IMG/VR virus record: IMGVR_UViG_3300021233_000111
Location: 1-37,117 of that record
DNA length: 37,117 bases
From: a virus
Lineage: Duplodnaviria; Caudoviricetes
Strand: one strand, 5' to 3'
Shown here: piece by piece, positions 34,622 through 37,117 of the stretch
Position numbering within the stretch: position 1 is the stretch's first letter
How the letters are laid out: the number at the start of each line of letters is the position of its first letter
Notes under the pieces: generated by a model
Told to the model about the DNA's origin: nothing
Database searches by the model: none
The model's input: only the letters and a program-made list of their open reading frames with translations
Made by a program: the position numbers and the translations under genes

Positions 34622-34849
34622 ATGGCTCAGACAATCGTTTTAAAACTCCTCGCGAACCTACTCCTCGGCTCCGGGGTCTTCGATACGGTCCTTTCGCTTG
34701 TGAGGAAGTGGGCCGGAATCCAAGCCTCGAACGCTCAGAAGCGCGAAGGCGTCCTCTCTGATCTTACGATCATGGGCGTTCAAGTCGGCGAATCTACCGC
34801 CCGACTCGGTGTCGAACTCGCCGTGAATTATCTCAAGGCGAAGGCATGA
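34622..34849 (+). CDS. Holin-like / lysis accessory protein
   Basis: 75 aa, hydrophobic N-terminus, first gene of the lysis cluster. Confidence 0.5.
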   Translation: MAQTIVLKLLANLLLGSGVFDTVLSLVRKWAGIQASNAQKREGVLSDLTIMGVQVGESTARLGVELAVNYLKAKA

Positions 34850-35091
34850 ACGGCCTAAAGCAGAAATTCGGGCTCACAACCGATAAGGGCATGGACTATA
34901 TCTCCGTGCTCTTTATGGCGATGAGCGCAATCACTCAGATGGACGCGGGCCATGAGAAATCAATTCTCCTCGGTTTGTGTCTTGTCAGTATGTCCGCCGT
35001 CGCCTACCTCACGCGCGGTTCAGCGGCTTCGAAGCAGACTCTCGACACCTCGGAGTCGGCCGAAGACGTTCTCAAGGACGGCCGCGAATGA
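34846..35091 (+). CDS. Putative holin (two hydrophobic segments)
   Basis: YISVLFMAMSAIT and ILLGLCLVSMSAVAYL, charged C-terminal tail, coupled to endolysin. Confidence 0.62.
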   Translation: MNGLKQKFGLTTDKGMDYISVLFMAMSAITQMDAGHEKSILLGLCLVSMSAVAYLTRGSAASKQTLDTSESAEDVLKDGRE

Positions 35092-35519
35092 GGACGAACG
35101 CGGCGGGCATTGCCTTAATCAAGAAATTCGAAGGGGTTCGCCTCAAGGCGTATAAATGCCCCGCGGGGGTTTGGACTTGTGGGTTCGGCCACACCGGCCC
35201 CGACGTTCATCCCGGCCTCGAGATTAACGAACGTATCGCGGAACAACTCCTGATCGGCGACCTCCTCCGTTTCGAACACGGGGTCGAAGAGTTGCTCGAC
35301 GGCGTTCCCGCCTCTCTCAATCAGTTTTCCGCGATGGTCGCCCTCGCATTTAACATCGGCCTTTCGGCCTTCTCCCGATCTTCCGTCCTTCGTCATCATC
35401 GACAAGGAAACCGCGAACTCGCCGCCGAAGCCTTCCTTCTCTGGAATAAGGCGGGCGGAGCCGTCCTCCCCGGCTTGACACGGCGACGCGTGGCGGAGCG
35501 GGGGCTCTATCTCTCATGA
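35088..35519 (+). CDS. Endolysin, GH24 lysozyme
   Basis: IKKFEG.RLKAYKCPAGVWTCGFGHT (E-x8-C-x5-T), FNIG, WNKAGG..LPGLTRRR.AE. Confidence 0.95.
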   Translation: MRTNAAGIALIKKFEGVRLKAYKCPAGVWTCGFGHTGPDVHPGLEINERIAEQLLIGDLLRFEHGVEELLDGVPASLNQFSAMVALAFNIGLSAFSRSSVLRHHRQGNRELAAEAFLLWNKAGGAVLPGLTRRRVAERGLYLS

Positions 35520-35731
35520 GATGGCTTCCGCTCCTTTTCATTCTCTCCGGATGCGTTCAAGCCCCGATCGCTCCGAACCTCAAACTCCCCGAGCAATCTT
35601 GCGCGCGGCTCGATATGCCTCCGATCCCGCAAGACGTGAAGATCGAGATCCACGGGGACAACGTGACGACGAACGAAGGCGGTCTTACTGTTTTGCGTGG
35701 CTACTCACAGGCGCGGCGCTTACTACGATGA
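35516..35731 (+). CDS. Lipoprotein, probable o-spanin
   Basis: MRWLPLLFILSGC lipobox, Pro-rich, coupled to endolysin. Confidence 0.68.
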   Translation: MRWLPLLFILSGCVQAPIAPNLKLPEQSCARLDMPPIPQDVKIEIHGDNVTTNEGGLTVLRGYSQARRLLR

Positions 35732-35865
35732 GCGCGTGTTCATGTGAGCCTATTGGTTCGATTTATTTTGAGAGGCTCAATCATGGCTTATCTGCCTACA
35801 CTCAGCCCACAGGGTTCATTGTTGGGTTTAATTGCGAAGAGGTTAAAAGAAGTCGCTATGAATGA
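35728..35865 (+). CDS. Possible small protein (45 aa)
   Basis: ATGA coupling to the lipoprotein and overlap with the next start; no recognisable motif. Confidence 0.35.
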   Translation: MSACSCEPIGSIYFERLNHGLSAYTQPTGFIVGFNCEEVKRSRYE

Positions 35866-36085
35866 CTGGCTTAAACTAGGGATCACCGTCCTCGGCTTCG
35901 GGATCATCACATGGTCGGCCGTTCAGCAACACGAATACAGGCTCGACAAACTCGAACAGACATTCGAGGAGCATCTCGATAAACATGACGAGCAAAACTC
36001 GGCGATGATTAAGTCGCTCACTCAGATTCAAATCGATGTTAGTCGCCTATCAGCGAAGGCCGAAGAAGCCCTTCGCAATCGATAA
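35858..36085 (+). CDS. N-terminal membrane anchor plus coiled-coil protein
   Basis: WLKLGITVLGFGIITWSAV followed by heptad-like RLDKLEQ..LTQIQIDVSRL; upstream in-frame starts also exist. Confidence 0.62.
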   Translation: MNDWLKLGITVLGFGIITWSAVQQHEYRLDKLEQTFEEHLDKHDEQNSAMIKSLTQIQIDVSRLSAKAEEALRNR

Positions 36086-36099
36086 GCATCGGATAAAAT

Positions 36100-36160
36100 G
36101 AAACGGTCGGCGCGCTAACACCGACCGTTTCTGCAATCGGCAATTTTCAGGAGAAATTGC
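36100..36160 (+). promoter_or_regulatory. Two-hairpin leader of HNH gene
   Basis: GAAACGGTCGG/CCGACCGTTTC 11-bp stem; GCAATTT/AAATTGC stem enclosing CAGGAG; TAAAAT at 36094. Confidence 0.65.
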
Positions 36161-36163
36161 GTC

Positions 36164-37060
36164 ATGCCTCACCATTCTAATCTCGAGTTCGTTTGTCGCA
36201 AATGCGGATATCGCAGATCGAACGAATTTCTCTCCACTCGAGCCAATACTTGCCAACCTTGTTATAGCCATCGGCCGAACAATGGGTCGTTATCGGCTTT
36301 CGTTCATCGATACTACGAGAACGTAGAATTCGAGAGATCAGAAACCAAACCTTGCGCTCGATGCGCGAAGCCGGTCATCAAGACGGGAAAGCGTCACGCC
36401 GATATTTACTGTCGAGAATGCTATTCGGATGCGCGTTCAAGGCGCAGAGCGAATGAATACGAAAGAGCGGGAAAGGTTTATCGCCGAATAGGCGAAGTGA
36501 AGGCCGATCTCGCGCGAGCGCGCTTTGAAAAGAGGATGGATCAATACGCCCGATGGAATGCAGAACAAGCCTTCGATTATTGGATCAGGGTACGGGCAAG
36601 CGACGAAACGGTTCGCCTCTGGTATGAGGCGAGCGGGAAACCTTGGGCTAATCCTCGGTTGAGTGACGCGCAACAATACAGGCTTAGATATTCGATTGAT
36701 CCTGACTTCCAAATAAAAGAGCGCGTTCGTAGGCAACTAACAAAGAAAGCCAAACGAGATGGCGTATCCGAACTAATTCGAGGAGCAATAAGGAGGGGCG
36801 GGAAGAGCAGGACCTTAGAAAGCCTTCTAGGCTATTCTGTCTCGGAGCTTCGCGTCCATCTTGAAAGGCAATTCTCTAACGGCATGACGTGGGATAGCTT
36901 CATGCGGGGCGAAATACATATAGATCACATTATCCCTCAGAAAGAGTTTGATCTATCCGATGACGATGAATGGCGTCGATGTTGGTGCATGACAAACCTT
37001 ATGCCTTTGTGGGCTAATGACAATCTAAAGAAGCGGGACAAGAGGGTATCCCTGCTATGA
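36164..37060 (+). CDS. HNH endonuclease with N-terminal zinc fingers
   Basis: Four CxxC motifs; LLGYS..EL..HLE.QF..GMTW..IHIDHIIP..NLMPLW..N. Confidence 0.88.
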   Translation: MPHHSNLEFVCRKCGYRRSNEFLSTRANTCQPCYSHRPNNGSLSAFVHRYYENVEFERSETKPCARCAKPVIKTGKRHADIYCRECYSDARSRRRANEYERAGKVYRRIGEVKADLARARFEKRMDQYARWNAEQAFDYWIRVRASDETVRLWYEASGKPWANPRLSDAQQYRLRYSIDPDFQIKERVRRQLTKKAKRDGVSELIRGAIRRGGKSRTLESLLGYSVSELRVHLERQFSNGMTWDSFMRGEIHIDHIIPQKEFDLSDDDEWRRCWCMTNLMPLWANDNLKKRDKRVSLL

Positions 37061-37117
37061 CCCCCCCCATGTCGCGGGTCCCAACCCCTCCGGCGGGCCA
37101 AGCGGGGCCAGCTACCC

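Noticed and set aside
37013-37024. ANDN in the last HNH protein, and NDN in the oxygenase (YLNDN) and helicase core (LNDN)
   Set aside because: These fall inside conserved catalytic or core motifs, so they were not counted towards the linker-motif finding

Overview
Most of the genome of a temperate, contractile-tailed (myovirus-type) dsDNA phage in its excised/virion form, preceded by about 160 nt of sequencing artefact (junk bases, poly-T and an Illumina TruSeq P7 adapter). Gene order: fused prohead protease/major capsid (5'-truncated), neck genes, P2-like baseplate (V,W,J,I), a two-ORF DUF4815-like appendage, two paralogous glycine-rich fibres, sheath, tube, frameshifted chaperone, tape measure, U/X/D, an intact attP (3' half of tRNA-Arg(ACG) with 2+3 arm repeats), tyrosine integrase, and an early/replication region (SF2 helicase, RecE-like nuclease, dUTPase, Sak4-like ATPase, Xis-like, TraR-like, SSB-like, VRR-NUC, primase-helicase, iteron origin). 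It ends with a Mor/C-like activator, lysis genes and an HNH nuclease. Terminase and portal are not in the window. Most notable: (1) an ssrA-tag-like ANDN peptide recurring in linkers and tails of unrelated replication/recombination proteins; (2) a three-copy late-promoter motif AGGAAAnnCCkCAAGAGGAA-N18-nAnnAT; (3) no visible CI/Cro switch, but 10-bp-phased ATCACT boxes shared by attP and the divergent early promoter; (4) repeat-bounded fibre cassettes; (5) structured leaders on three HNH genes and on a 2OG-Fe(II) oxygenase. All family calls come from motif recognition by eye; no searches were run.
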